DNA of 63,473 nucleotides, the filler included, from Octopus bimaculoides (Eukaryota): the NCBI RefSeq assembly GCF_001194135.2. It is 4 parts of 4 records of this genome, joined end to end, with 100 filler letters (N's around TTAATTAATTAA, not from the genome) between each part and the next. Parts side by side here need not be neighbours in the genome. Positions count along the whole stretch, not along the records: positions 1 to 24,886 come from NC_068986.1; 3 more parts are not named here. One strand, written 5' to 3'. Positions within the stretch are counted from its first letter, which is position 1; each line of letters opens with the position of its first letter. This document shows, piece after piece, positions 1 through 13,689 of the stretch. The notes below the pieces were generated by a model that was given only the letters and a program-made list of their open reading frames with translations, ran no database searches and was not told the DNA's origin. Made by a program: the position numbers and the translations under genes.

Positions 1-102
1 CTAGGCATAACACCTACATGAACTTCTAACTTGTTGTCTCTTGAGGTCTCTGGGTGAGACTTGGATCCAACTTGTACAAATGCAAGACAAAAGTCAAACA
101 TA
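1..102 (+). mobile_element. Probable 3' UTR end of a (TAA)n-tailed non-LTR retrotransposon (R4/Dong-like)
   Basis: Unique sequence running directly into an (AAT)n tail, the same architecture as 56753-56980. The family is assigned from recollection only, since no coding part lies in the window. Confidence 0.4.
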
Positions 103-103
103 A

Positions 104-137
<34 letters not shown>

Positions 138-156
138 GTAATAATAATAATAATAT

Positions 157-187
<31 letters not shown>

Positions 188-300
188 GATGACGATGATG
201 ACGATGATGATATTGATGATGGTGATGGTGGTGGTGGGGATGGTGATGATGACGACGGCAATAATAACTTTGAAAAGGATGGGCAATGATGATTATGATG
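103..300. repeat. Compound (AAT)n then (GAT)n/(GGT)n microsatellite
   Basis: Seen directly; it explains the poly-I/M ORFs at 26-308. Confidence 0.95.
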
Positions 301-1161
301 ACGAATAAGGCGATCATGATAAGTGCGGTGATTAAAGGGCTTTTAACGATCTGAGAGTTATCAGTAACATAAAGGATGTCCAGTGTAGTTAAGGTCTTTC
401 ATTAATGAATAACTCAAAGTAGGCGCAAGTTACTTTGACATTTCCAGCACAAATTCAAAAAAAAAAAAAAAAATCAGCAGAAGAAATTTCAAAGAAAATG
501 GATTAAATGAGAATAGAAGCGTAAACACTGACAAGAGGGGGAAACCTTGAGCTTTTGAAACGGAAATAGTTATCACGCACAATGCTATGTGAGTAAGATA
601 TTGTAACGTCCAAAACACAACATTTAACCTCGACATAGCTTTAAATTCCCTTTGAGATTGAAAGCAAAATTATAAGTAAATCTCTGAATCGATTTAACTA
701 AAATAATTCTTTATTACTGTTAGTCTATTGTTTACATAATTAATATAAAAGTATTGGTGTATTTTTAATGATAAATGTTCTCTTAATTGTTTGTTTATTC
801 CCGAATGGATATAATGGCTTACCTCTTGAGAAATTCGCCATTAATGGAGACGTAGAAATACTTTATATTTCGTGTTACAGCAAATATTATTAAACTATTC
901 TATATATTACAGACGTATCGGTATACCGGGTGTTTTTACAATGTGATGTCAAACATATTCTAAATGGAAAACATGATATTAATAGATAATGAAGTTCACC
1001 GAAATCGGCCTGCAAAGACGCAATAACACTGCGGTTAGAGAGGAGGATTGTAAAGACACACACACAAGCACACACGCACACATACACACACACATACATG
1101 CATCTACAAACGCACACATTTGCATAGAATGGGTTGTTTAAAGCTTATATGGTATATATAG

Positions 1162-1544
1162 GGTGGGGTCGCAATGGCCGAGCGGTTAGGGCAGCGGACA
1201 CGCGGTCATAGGATCGCGGTTTCGATTCCCCGTTGTGAGTGTTTATTGATCGAAAACACCTAAAGCTCCACGAGGCTCCGGCAGGAGCTGGTGGTGAACT
1301 CTGCTGTACTCTTTCACTACAACTTTCTCTCACTCTTTCTTCTTGTTTCTGTTGTGCCTGTAATTCAAAGGGCCGGCCTTGTCACACTGTGTCACGCTGA
1401 ATATCCCTGAGAACTACGTTAAGGGTACACGTGTCTGTGGAGTGCTCAGCCACTTGCACGTTAATTTCACGAGCAGGCTGTTCCGTTGATCGGATCAACT
1501 GGGACCCTCGATGTCGTAAGCGACGGAGTGCCAACAACAACAAC
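1162..1544 (+). mobile_element. tRNA-headed SINE, family A, near full length
   Basis: A-box-like TGGCCGAGCGGTTAG, B-box-like GGTTTCGATTCCC and an (AAC)n tail. 11-bp TSD with one mismatch: GGTATATATAG 1151-1161 and GCTATATATAG 1545-1555. Highly similar to 62252-62640. Confidence 0.9.
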
Positions 1545-2865
1545 GCTATATATAGTCAACAACCTCGTACTTGGCGTTATGTATAGCAGAGGTAAATAGT
1601 GGCTATATGTGCAATTGTCATGAAAGGTGTAAGGAATAAGAAAGACAGTCACAATAAGAAACAAGAAATATTTTAAATGAAAAGTTATATATAAATATGC
1701 CTTTCACTTGTTCTTATTTGTCTGTCCTGCTACTTATATGTGTTTGTAGGTATCCGTGTGTATTTGTGTGTGTATGCGTTTGTGTCTGTATGTGTGTATG
1801 TGTCCATGTGCTAGTCAATTACTGTTTATACTAGAAAGAAAAGGTAACAAACATGAACTCTTTCAGTGTTTCAGGACGTCACAAGAAACCATGAAGAAAG
1901 AAGAGAATGGCGTTGCCTCTGAAAAGTAGACAATCGTTCTTAATACTCAAATCGGTGTAATTTCAGATAAATGAAACCAAGTAAAAAATAGTGAATTGAA
2001 AGCAGATGGCAGTTTAACGTATTATCAAATAGAGATCACATATAGCCGGATACCATAAAGCATTGCTTGTTGACGAACATTCTAAAATTTCCATGCATTG
2101 GAATTTTTATTTACTGTTGCTTGGAACAGTAAAGATTTTGATCAATTCCAGACGATGAATGTCAAAGTTAAATTCATGTTTGAACTCTGCATACAATGAG
2201 CCGTTACTAAAAGAAACAAAAAAAACACAACAATAACAACGGTCACATAATTTGTTGTAGCTCTAATGACATTGTAACTGCAATTCAAAGTCTTTAACAT
2301 AATCAACCTATGCTATTTACTCAGAGCGAACTTTACAAATGCAGTAATGTGAAGCAATAAATCATTTCTGTTTATAAGTTTCTGAGTTGTTATTTCTACG
2401 TGAACATGGTCCTTTGAGGAAGAAAAAAAGTAGTTATTTTCTTTTACCTGGAAGTTTAAATTTAAAAACAATAAATGTGATTTATCGTTTGGTAAATGCA
2501 AATAAATAATATTTCAAAATATAAATAAAATTCGAAAATGAAAATAAGCAAACTAGAGGTTTAAATGTCAGAGGCAAAAAAGAAAATCAATAACTAGTAG
2601 ATGATAAATTGTAATAATACATTACAAAGACTATTATTTGTGTATTATAAATAAGTGTTCACTACGCTGGTATGTTCCAGCAACATAAATTTTTATATGT
2701 TCCCAAAATTTAAGACAGCGGTATTTTGTAGAATTTTTCCTCTATAAGGGACAGGAAGTGTAACACTTCGGCAGAGGTTAAAAACCATATCCTTAAAAAT
2801 AAACACCTTTGATTTCTATCTGCATAACAAAGTGCATATATATCACTTCCACTACACACATTACA

Positions 2866-3046
2866 TATGCTTGTATGTATGTATGCACGTATGTATGTAT
2901 GCATGTATGTATGTATGCATGTATGTGTGTGTGTCTGTGTATGCATGTGTGTATGTATGTATGTGTGTGCGTATGTACGTATGTGTGTGCGTATGTATGT
3001 TTTTGCATTTGTTTGAGTATATTTGTATATGCCTATGTGTGTGTGT
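2866..3046. repeat. (TATG)n/(TG)n microsatellite
   Basis: Seen directly. Confidence 0.9.
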
Positions 3047-4301
3047 GGAGGCCAGGTTTAAGATGGTTACTGAATTTTTCAACTAAGAGTATTAAAGTAT
3101 TTTTATTTACTTTTGTAGAACAGTTGTTTTTCTAATTGCTGTATTAAATAACTAAGATGTTACTTTACCTATTTCTTTATTTATATTCTGACCGATCTTA
3201 ATATTGCAAAAGCTCTATGATTTTTATCTAAACGAGAAACTGGATTTAGTTCATGAGTAGTTGATATAAGTATATGTGACTATTATATTTTCATGATATG
3301 TTTCATGCCTCTTCTTCCCGTTTGCTTAAACCATATAAAGGAATAGCACAGAATACCTGATGATTTTTTGTGGAATGATTCTTAGGCATATCACATCTCA
3401 TTTAATCAAACAAAGATTGTATTGCATAGTTTCATGTAAATTTAATTGCCCTCTTGTTCTTGACAGGCATTCAAGTTTTACCTCATACAGTCTCTCATTT
3501 TAGCATTCTCTCGTTAACTTAATCTTTATAACATTATATACTATCTTTATATTATTTTGATATATAAAACCGGTGTTTCATTTCCTTACCTATTTCTCTA
3601 TGACGTTTATACCAACGAAGGTTGATGTCAACAAATGCTGCGTTAAATAATCTACGCTTCTCAATTGAGAACCAGGTATATTATAGAAATAATCACCGGA
3701 AATATTAGCGGGCGTATAAGGTCAGGTACCCGATAACAAATATATAAACTTGCATAAGAAATATTGTTATTAACGACGATACTTTCAGAGGAAATTTTCT
3801 GCATTTATTTTCCATTGTTCGATGTTTGGTTTTGTTTATTCGACAAACACATCGTAATAATGAAAAAAATTTCTCGTTAACTTAGAGATAGTTAATGCAC
3901 TTCTTAAAAACTAAAATTTGGCTAAATCTTCAAAGAGTGATATTTGTAGTGAAGGAAATAATGACATGAATACGCACTTGTATTCATATTTATTTACGTT
4001 TTATAACCATAAATCTATTTTTGTCTTACTGCAAAACCGAAAGACGGCAATAGACCAACATTGGTTTACATGGTAGGGAAAACAATGCAAATGACATACG
4101 AATATATATTTTTATATGCGTAGACTACACGTTTAAATTTGTTTCGCAGTTGGTCTTCGTTTGTTTATATTCCTATATGTTATGCCATCCACGAAAAATA
4201 AATCGATAAACTAACTAATCGATTTAAAATGTACAAGGGAGATGTTGATCGATTTAATCGCTTCGCAGGTAAACACTTGTTGGCTACTGTTCTATGAATA
4301 A

Positions 4302-4678
4302 TGGAACTCCATCGGTTTAGACGATGAGGGTTCCATTTGATCAGATCAACAGAACAGCCTGCTTGTAAAATTAACTGCAAGTAGCTGAGCACTCCACAAA
4401 CACGTGTACCCTTAACATAGTTCTCGTGGGGAGATTCAGCGTGGCACAGAATGCGACAAGGTTGGCCCTTTGAAAAACAGGTACAACAGAAACAGGAACA
4501 CAGGTTGAGAGAAAGTTGTGGTGAAAGAGTACAGCAGGGTTAGCCACCAAGCCCTGCCTCGTGGAGCCTAAGGTATTTTCTCTCAATAAACACCCACAAA
4601 GCCCGTTCTGGTTATCGAAACTGCGATCCTACGACCGCGCGTCCGGTGCCCTAAACACTGAGCCATTGCGCATCCACG
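4302..4678 (-). mobile_element. SINE family A, older diverged copy
   Basis: The reverse complement aligns end to end with 1162-1544. Possible TSD TGAATAAT at 4295-4302 and 4684-4691. Confidence 0.85.
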
Positions 4679-4879
4679 CTCAGTGAATAATTCACATAAA
4701 AGCGTAAAAGAGAAGGTTTGGTTATTCTCGTAAATATTCCCCAGTTATTTTATGTCCAATATTTTCAGTTCTTGTTTTTAATTGTTTTTGATTTGTTAAT
4801 TTCAAATTGTTGTAAGAGCTAAGCACAAATATTGTGTATATGTCCAGTAATGAAATATTTCCCTATATACAGAATATAA

Positions 4880-5030
4880 GGCGACGAGCTGGCAGAATTT
4901 TTACCACGCTGAGGAAACCTTTTAGCAGCATTTCGTCTGTCTTTACTTTCGTACTTCAAATTTGCCGTTCGGGGTCGATAAAATAAGTACCAGTTAAACA
5001 TTGGTGTCGATGTAATAAACTTACGCTACA
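4880..5030 (+). mobile_element. SINE family B, partial
   Basis: Head GGCGACGAGCTGGCAGAA and central motif GGGGTCGATAAAATAAGTACCAGTT are shared with many copies in the window. Confidence 0.7.
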
Positions 5031-5237
5031 CCGCATCTTGCTCGCCTTGTTCCAAAATTCGGAACCAATATGTATGGAATATGCCCAATATTGGTATCAA
5101 AACACTATCACTGGAATACGGATTCAATACGCAAATTAGTTGATTTTATATCTATTTTTAAAATGTGAGAATCTAGAGACAGTTCGTTTGTTTTCACGAG
5201 AAAATCAAAGCACGTGAGACGGCCCTGCTCAGAGTGC

Positions 5238-5277
<40 letters not shown>

Positions 5278-5782
5278 NNNNNNNNNNNNNNNNNNNNNNN
5301 NNNNNNNNNNNNNNNNNNNNNNNNNNNNNNNNNNNNNNNNNNNNNNNNNNNNNNNNNNNNNNNNNNNNNNNNNNNNNNNNNNNNNNNNNNNNNNNNNNNN
5401 NNNNNNNNNNNNNNNNNNNNNNNNNNNNNNNNNNNNNNNNNNNNNNNNNNNNNNNNNNNNNNNNNNNNNNNNNNNNNNNNNNNNNNNNNNNNNNNNNNNN
5501 NNNNNNNNNNNNNNNNNNNNNNNNNNNNNNNNNNNNNNNNNNNNNNNNNNNNNNNNNNNNNNNNNNNNNNNNNNNNNNNNNNNNNNNNNNNNNNNNNNNN
5601 NNNNNNNNNNNNNNNNNNNNNNNNNNNNNNNNNNNNNNNNNNNNNNNNNNNNNNNNNNNNNNNNNNNNNNNNNNNNNGTGTGTGTGCGCGCGCCACTATC
5701 TATCTCTTCCCTTTATGTGCGTATGTATATGTTTGTTTGTGCGAATGTGTGTCTATGTACTTGTATATAGTCTTTTCTACTG

Positions 5783-5953
5783 AAGGCAGAAGGCCCGAAA
5801 TTTTAGGTGGAGGAGGACAGTCAATTAGATCGACCCCGAAAAGACGAACGGAAAAGTCAACCTCGACGGAATTTGAAATCAGAACGTAACAGTAGACGAA
5901 ATACCGCTAAGCATTTCGCCCGGCGCGCTAACGTTTCTGCCAGCGCGCCGCCT
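5783..5953 (-). mobile_element. SINE family B, CpG-rich copy
   Basis: Reverse complement of the family B head and body (GCATTTCGCCCGGCGCGCTAACGTTTCTGCCAGC). Confidence 0.85.
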
Positions 5954-7599
5954 TTGTACTAGTATATATTAGTTTGGCTAGGATTCTATGTTTCTCCGGC
6001 TGCAGCAAATTTTATGTTTGCACTAGCGGCTACGGCCATAGTAGTAAGTTGGAGTTTCAACTCAACCTAATATGCATAAAGGATACGACTTTCCTAAACG
6101 TTTCTTTTATCAATAAACAATTCCTGATGGCGTTCATTGCAAAGTTGAACGGCACTAACATTAAGAATTATACGTAAACACAAACTGTTTAGACAATAAG
6201 CACACATACATGTATATCCGTATTTTTATGAGATCAATAGAGAGACAAACATATGTATGTTGCTTTTATAACATGAATACAAATATATATAATGATCTGC
6301 CTGTGAATATATATGTAGTGTTGTTTAACTTGACTGGGAGCGTTGCTATTCCGGTTGTAGATACACATTATTCTTATAGTTAAACGTATGAATACTTAAG
6401 AATTACATTCTTTCATATCTTCATTTTAAAGACATTTTCTCCGGAATTCTTACATAAGTATAAGTGCCTGTCTGACGATCGGTTTTATTTAGGTATCTGT
6501 ATGTAATCCAATTTACAACGTATGTCTTGCAAAAGATATTTGAAGAAGCATTGATTTAACTAATATTGACTAATAAGAATATATAACATATTCACCTCAT
6601 ATACAACTCAACTGTTCGTCTGAATTATATATGCCTATGAATTCTTTAGTGTTTTCTTATACGCTATCCAATATACCTATCACTGTCTATTTTAAACTTT
6701 CGAGTAAACTAGGGATTACCATTGGAATCTGATCTCCTACTCGAAACGACGTTAATGATTGTCTGCATAGGTTATATATTAAGCGAAACTGAAAGTAGAT
6801 TCTGACAAACAAAGCTGCAATAAAAATCAATGAACTAATTCGAATAAACATCATATTCTTATATTTTCTAAAATATTGGTCGATTGTTAACTGCAGAATT
6901 CTGTCGACGTTCTGTGTTGATAATCTTCAATCGATGTATTTAACATAACTTACTATTATTCTATGAAATTCGATACAATGTTCATGGTAATTCTTCACTT
7001 CATCAAATAAAAATGTTCGCCTGCTTCTCAACCCATATATTTCATTATTGACCGTTTTACTTCAATAGGTTTTCAAATATATCTTGCAGATTGTTATTAT
7101 ATTCGTTACTTCTGTACAAACAAAGCCACACTTAGAAACAAAATAAATGTGTATATATAATATATATGCATATGTATATATGTATCTATGTGTGTATGTG
7201 CGTACACACACACGCATATATATANNNNNNNNNNNNNNNNNNNNNNNNNNNNNNNNNNNNNNNNNNNNNNNNNNNNNNNNNNNNNNNNNNNNNNNNNNNN
7301 NNNNNNNNNNNNNNNNTATATATATATATATATATTTACATGCTCACGCGCATGATTGAATGACAGGTGGACATTTCCGGTTTCCCCGACTCTAACATAG
7401 TTTCAACTCTTGCTTCAGCTATTATACTTGCTTATTCATATTTCCAGTAAAGATTTCTGTAGGCAATGCTCAGAAGACGAATGGTTTCCATCAGGTTGAC
7501 GAACTTTGAAGCACTTCACTTCAAGATGATATAGATTTACGCTGTGATCTATATGATCGGACATTAAGTGACATATCTGCTTAATCATTCATTAACAAT

Positions 7600-7770
7600 A
7601 TATAAGTTTCTAATGCATGAAAAAGTTCGGGGGATAATTTCAAGTGATATTTCCTCAGTTCCTGTCAATGTGTTTGGATATAACGTTAATATATCTCCCG
7701 TGAACTTCGACTTGGTAAACGCATTTTCCGCACAATTAAAACTTGGGCGATACCTCGAACAGAGATAATC
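7600..7770 (-). pseudogene. Possible IS630/Tc1-like transposase C-terminal remnant
   Basis: The ORF segment YRPSFNCAENAFTKSK matches by position the Tc1/IS630 motif YSPxLNPxENxFSKxK. The rest is weak. Confidence 0.35.
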
Positions 7771-8984
7771 ATAATAGAGATGTCCATCATGCAATATAGA
7801 TGCCCATCATGCAATATAGATGTCCATCATATTATGGCATACGCATAAATACACACACACACAAATGCACGCACACACAGAGACACACTCACGTGCACAC
7901 ACAGAGTAAGGCATCACACACAGACACAAGCGCTTAATCAAATTAACACAGGGAAATACACATTGTTTTGTGCTTTTAACAGATACACCCTGTGCACTGC
8001 AGCCTCGATGTGCCGCATCCATCAAGTTTAATCGACTAAAAAACCACCACAATACATACCTTATGTTTGATAGGGGCTATTTTGCGAAACAATAAGGTTG
8101 TAAGCCAATCAACATGTGATGTAAAAGGCAATAGAATGCACAAACAATAGGAGTCAGACATAGGCAGGTACAGCTTCTCAAAGCTAATACATAAACGTAT
8201 ATCATTTATCTTTTTATGTGTCAGTCATCAAACTGCGGCCATGCGAGGGCACTGACTCGTCGGTTTGTTTTTTAACAGTATAGTAATTATTCTATGATAA
8301 CCCTCTATGTTTGCCGAACCGCTACTTTTAAAGGGATTTAAACAACCAAACACCGGTTGTCAAGCGATGGAGTCGGAGAAACACCAAGAACATACATAAA
8401 AAAGCAAACAAATGTATTTTCTTTGTCAGGTACTGACACACAAACACGTAAACATACACAGTTCTCAGTTCAGACCCATTCCCTGACAAGTTGACGCAGT
8501 ATCTTCCACTAGAGCTCGAGGCAGATCAGTGCCTTGTGAGTGGATATGGCCGACCGAAGCCCGTCATATATGTCTGTGTGTGTGCGTGTGCGCATATCAA
8601 TATATAAATGGATACACAAATACAGATAAATATATGTTCATACATACTTATATACATACATACACACACATATCTATGTATGTATGTATGTACGTATACA
8701 AAGAATTATAATTCTTCGAGCTGTATCTTCATGAATTACATCTATATATTCTATGTTCGTATTCAGATGTTTACTTTTAAATGAGAAAATCATTCATACA
8801 AGCTGAAATTCCTAAGGAAATATAATATTCGTCGAGTAAATATGTATGAAAGAAAGATCAGATTTAGTGGTAAAATATCAATGATGTAGTTACACTACAT
8901 TTTCGACGTGGCAAATACATTTTCTAAATATGAATTCTAAAATTCATTTCTACCTTAAGCAAAGAGCTAGTCGAAAGCAACGAC

Positions 8985-9510
8985 TCTTTTACTCTTTTAC
9001 TCTTTTACTTGTTTCAGTCATTTGACTGCGGCCATGCTGGAGCACCGCTTTTAGTCGAATCAAATCGACCCCAGGACTTATTATTTGTAAGCCTAGTACT
9101 TATTCTATCGGGTCACTTTTTGCCGAACCGCTAAGTTACGGGGACGTGAACACACCAGCGTCGGTTGTCAAGCGATGCTGGGGGGGGGGGNNNNNNNNNN
9201 NNNNNNNNNNNNNNNNNNNNNNNNNNNNNNNNNNNNNNNNNNNNNNNNNNNNNNNNNNNNNNNNNNNNNNNNNNNNNNNNNNNNNNNNNNNNNNNNNNNN
9301 NNNNNNNNNNNNNNNNNNNNNNNNNNNNNNNNNNNNNNNNNNNNNNNNNNNNNNNNNNNNNNNNNATATATACGACGGACTTCTTCCAGTTTCCGTCTAC
9401 CAAATTCACTCACAAGGCTTTGGTCGGCCCGAGGCTATAGTAGAAGACACTTGCCCAAGGTGCCACGCAGTTGGACTGAACCCGGAACCATGTGGTTGGT
9501 AAGCGAGGCA
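8985..9510 (-). mobile_element. SINE family C (tRNA head, CORE-like centre, internal microsatellite), spans an N gap
   Basis: Tail repeat (AAAAGAGT)n. The minus strand contains CACCTTGGGCAAGTGTCTTCTACTATAGCCTCGGG. Repeated many times in the window. Confidence 0.85.
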
Positions 9511-9769
9511 GATCAACGGCAGATCAAGTCGTCATTTGTGGAACATGAACCTAGAACATAAATACAGGTCATATGACTGTGAGCATAATTCCCAACGTGC
9601 TAGCGATTCTACCATTTCGCAGTCCTGTCTTATCTATATTATTAGTAATATGAGGTGGCCAACTGCTATAACGATGAGTACAACTAGTTAAATACCTGTG
9701 TCTAGGTACAGAAATCCCGTTTGTAAATCTATAGACGTGGTCTCAGATTATTTTAAATATATTCTTTCA

Positions 9770-10135
9770 TTCTATTATTTGTTTCATTCATTTCACTGCG
9801 ACCATGCTACTGCACCGATTCCAAGACTTATACTTCGTATGCCTTGTACTAACTCTATCGGGACCTTATGCCGAACCGCTAAGTTATGGGGACGTAAACA
9901 CACCAACATCAGTTGTCAAGCGCTGGAGGGGGGGTGCAAGCAAAAACACACAAATATATACATATATATACATATATACGAAATGCTTCTTTTAGTTTCC
10001 ATCCACTAAATCCACTCACAAGGCTTTTGTCGGCCCGAGACCATAGTACAAGATACTTGCCCAAGATGTCATGCAGGAGGACTGAACCCGGAATCATGTG
10101 GTTGTGAAACAAGTTACTTACCACACAGCCACTTC
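9770..10135 (-). mobile_element. SINE family C
   Basis: Colinear with 8985-9510 and 50745-51130. Confidence 0.8.
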
Positions 10136-10559
10136 TGTGCTTTTATATATATATATATATATATTTCCCAAACATAAAGTACGTTATTATATCAAGGGAT
10201 GTTACTATAAGTAAGGCCTCACGCTGTAGAGACTGAAGAGTGAAACTACTTGAATAAATATACACAGTCACTGAAATCGTGGGAATGAACGTAGAAGAAG
10301 TTCCTTTAAGAAATGGTTTAGTCGTATATCATTAGTGATTTCATCGTCAGCATGTATAATAGGCTCTCCAATCATCGGTACAACATAACCAGAAAATATA
10401 AACATCTCCACATATCAAGTGAACAACAACGAAGGCAGCAGGGCATGTACAAATGTTCACACTTATATATCAATGAAAGGGGCACGCCGCACGTATGTAA
10501 TCGGAACAAGTGAGCACTATTCCGGTTGAGTATATATATAATTCAAATGTATTGAACAA

Positions 10560-10680
10560 AAAGAAAAGACGAAGACAGGTGTATTAACAACAAGCAGATG
10601 TATTAGTTTTACGGTCAGGAAAAATGATAAAGTCTTCTACGTTTCGAGACTACGTTCTTCGACAGAAAGGGTTAAGCGGA
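10560..10680 (-). mobile_element. Short interspersed repeat with a degenerate hammerhead-like motif (10634-10669)
   Basis: The reverse complement matches 61140-61265: CTTT CTGTCGAA GAAC-GTAG-TCTC GAAA CG TA GAAG. Confidence 0.55.
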
Positions 10681-10719
10681 AATAGATATGGAGAAAATAA
10701 AATGAATGGGTAGATTTAT

Positions 10720-11085
10720 GATGTGATATAGTGGTCTTCTTCAAGCTTCCGGGAAACATAACCATGAATGATCCTTTTTTTTGTATGCTGACTGCTTTCC
10801 ATCACATCTTCTCTGAGGTAAGGAAGCCCAGATGTTTTGGGGCTGTAAGAGAGTGTTTCTTGAGGATTTTCCTGCCAACTGGTACCATTTTGCTCACTTC
10901 ACTTTTCAGTACTCGATTAATATATTTAATTGTGCTGCTATTATTTAGCAGGTGCCGCCTGAGTGATACCATACGGTTTCGGGTACCGCCTTCATTTCTT
11001 CTTGGATAGAGCCTGTCAACATCACTGTTTCTATGGAAGTTCCCAGATGTCGTCAGGATTTTTGCGGGTTTTGATATATATGGAA
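10720..11085 (-). mobile_element. R4/Dong-like LINE fragment (downstream of RT)
   Basis: Frameshifted translation KTRKILTTSGNFHRNSDVDRLYPRRNEGG matches the DVDRLYxxRxxGGRG motif of restriction-like-endonuclease (RLE) clade elements. Confidence 0.7.
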
Positions 11086-11146
11086 TGGTTTTCCCCTACA
11101 GTCCAGTTTATGTCTGTCTGTCTGTATGTATGTAAATAGATATATA

Positions 11147-11295
11147 AGGGCGCTTGGTCTTGTGAGTAGAGTGTGGCCCACATGATCGCGGTTTCAATTT
11201 CGAGACCGGCTGGTTCGTTGTGTTCTTTAGCACAACGCATCATCTCACCTCACTTTCCGATCACTTCCACACCTGATGCGTGGTTCACCGTTTCG
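11147..11295 (+). mobile_element. Degenerate tRNA-headed SINE fragment
   Basis: B-box-like CGGTTTCAATTTCGAGACC followed by CORE-like TTGTGTTCTTTAGCACAACGC. Confidence 0.5.
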
Positions 11296-11593
11296 TATGT
11301 AAGTCTGTCAGTCTGTATGTGTGTATGTATGTATGTATGTATGTATGTAGGCATATATGTGTGTGTGTATGTACGTATAGAATTGTATCTGTATAAATAT
11401 AAATATGCATTGCTTACAAATCATCTGTATTCCTAATACTTATAACCTCTATGTAAATGCTAAAAGTTATCAATTTAAACCATATCTTTCTAATGGCATT
11501 TCTGTATACGAACATTTCTTGTTATATGACATAAATCAACGTGTACTATTAAAAGAAACTTCGACTTGATAAGCACCTATATATATATATATA

Positions 11594-11638
<45 letters not shown>

Positions 11639-12119
11639 ATACCCACGCACATATATTAAGGGCAGACAAACGCACACATATATGTATATATGCACGTAAA
11701 CATAGATAAGCACTAAAATATAAGCAGACACTATGCGGCTTCAAACATCTTTGTAAATTTTGCAATAACTGAAACTTTATAGATACAAGATTAAAATGCA
11801 CTACTTATGTAGTAACATACATTACGCTGTCTACTTGCAGCTTCATTAAGATATAAATTATTGCCATAAATTGGTGTAGTAAAGATTGATTGAGAAGATA
11901 TTACAGTTGTAACCTAACATTTGTTGAAATGTACATAACGTGGAGAGCATATATACTTGATATAATATGTTCCCCACTGAACTGTAAACGGCAGTAGAGA
12001 AGTAGCGGAGTCACAGTGAAAGAACTTCGGAGAAAGTACATAAGTATATATAAATACAGACACATGCGCGCGCATATAAATACAGACATATTTATGTTTC
12101 CATATATATNNNNNNNNNN

Positions 12120-12166
<47 letters not shown>

Positions 12167-12269
12167 CTGTGTGTGTATATATACGTAATCATATGTATAC
12201 ACACACATGTACATACATATATAACATATACATGTATATACATATATATTCATACATCCTGCGAGCGCA

Positions 12270-13195
12270 CGTTCCCATACACACATGGAGGACATCTAGG
12301 CTGTACTTGATCTCTTCTATAGAGCTTTTATTGCTTTAGGACTTACCATCAGTCTAGGGAAAATAAAGATCATGTTCTCTCCGCTATCAGGCCAGCCCTT
12401 TGTGGAACCTAACATCTTAGTCCAGAGTTCAAAATTAGATGTGGTTGACTCTTTCATCCACCTTGGCATCAATCTCTCTAGAGACAGATCCTTTGATTCT
12501 GAAATATACCTGAGAATTGAAAAAGCCAGCACAGTGATCCGATAGAGGTATCACCTTCAAAACCAAGCTTAGTGTCTATGGATCTTCCATTTTAACTGTC
12601 CTCCTGTACTCTTCTTAGACCTAGACGACATATCGGCTTTAGAAATATTCAATCAGACTTGCCTAAGGAGGATACGAGACGTCAAATAGAAGTTTTAACA
12701 CCAGCCACCGTTGTTCTGCAGCAAGCTAACACAATATTGCAATGAACCTCATACGCTATGAGATGCGTTGGTTTGGGCATCTTGCTAGAATGCAGGATGA
12801 GAGGTTGCCAAAGCAGTTTTTTTTATAGGCAGTTCAGCGTGGCAAACGTACGAGACATAAACCAAAGAAACGTTTTAGTGATACTGTCAAAAGCAACCTT
12901 AAGGCTTTAACGTGAACATTGAAGACTGGGAGCAGATGACGCAAGATCGATTAGTTTGGAAACAAATGATCTACATTTGAAGGTCGAAGAATTGAACAAA
13001 GTATATTGAAACGAGCACTTCGTAGACATGTTTGAACTACGATTCCAGCAAGGTTTCTGCTTAAAAGCAAGTATATGACCGTCAGTAGATTTTTTTGACA
13101 AGAGCAGGACTTGCTAGTCGTATAAGACCTCATGACAATATTTATTAATTGAAGAAATGGCCGTCTTTTGTAATGAAGTGGCAATCATCATATGT
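12270..13195 (+). mobile_element. RTE-clade LINE, decayed RT C-terminus and 3' end
   Basis: Translated pieces LGLTISLGKIKIMF, VVDSFIHLGINLSRD, EIYLRIEKAS and MRWFGHLARMQDERLPKQ, with many stops and frameshifts. Confidence 0.85.
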
Positions 13196-13689
13196 TCGTG
13201 TAAGACTGAATGTATACATTCATACATTCGCAGAAAACCGGCAGACGACAGAAATGCGAGTTAAAGAGATGAATAAAAAAGTGAAGGCCCGGAATTTGGT
13301 AACAACAACTATTCAATTATTTCAACCCATTGCATAGGTTAAGCAGTATGGACGATCTGTCTAATAGCAGTAATTAACGTAATCTGCTTTCCTAAAAAAA
13401 AGATGAACTCATCACTATCTTATTATAATGAACCAATATATGTGACGTAGCTCTACATATGTGTTTGACGAGATTATTACAACAGAATGATGAATGTTAT
13501 TACATGTTAAGTCTTACATTTCATTTATTATAATTATTTCATACGTCATTTCCTTTTCAAAGGAAATATTTGTTTCTGGAGCTACAAACTTCTTTTTGCT
13601 GAGTAGCGTTGAGTGTCTACTAGATTCATTACGGATTGACAGATCATTTCTCTTATTTTCTATTTTTTGTGGATATTATTTTATCGATC

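Noticed and set aside
1162-1240. tRNA-like sequences here and at 62252, 11147 and 25297
   Set aside because: They are SINE heads continuous with repeat bodies and lack a complete cloverleaf.
1874-1925. Possible plus-strand terminal exon TSQETMKKEENGVASEK*, and minus-strand 48-nt candidate near 3590-3637 (FVDINLRWYKRHREI)
   Set aside because: Isolated splice-like signals at a frequency expected by chance; no chain or homologue.
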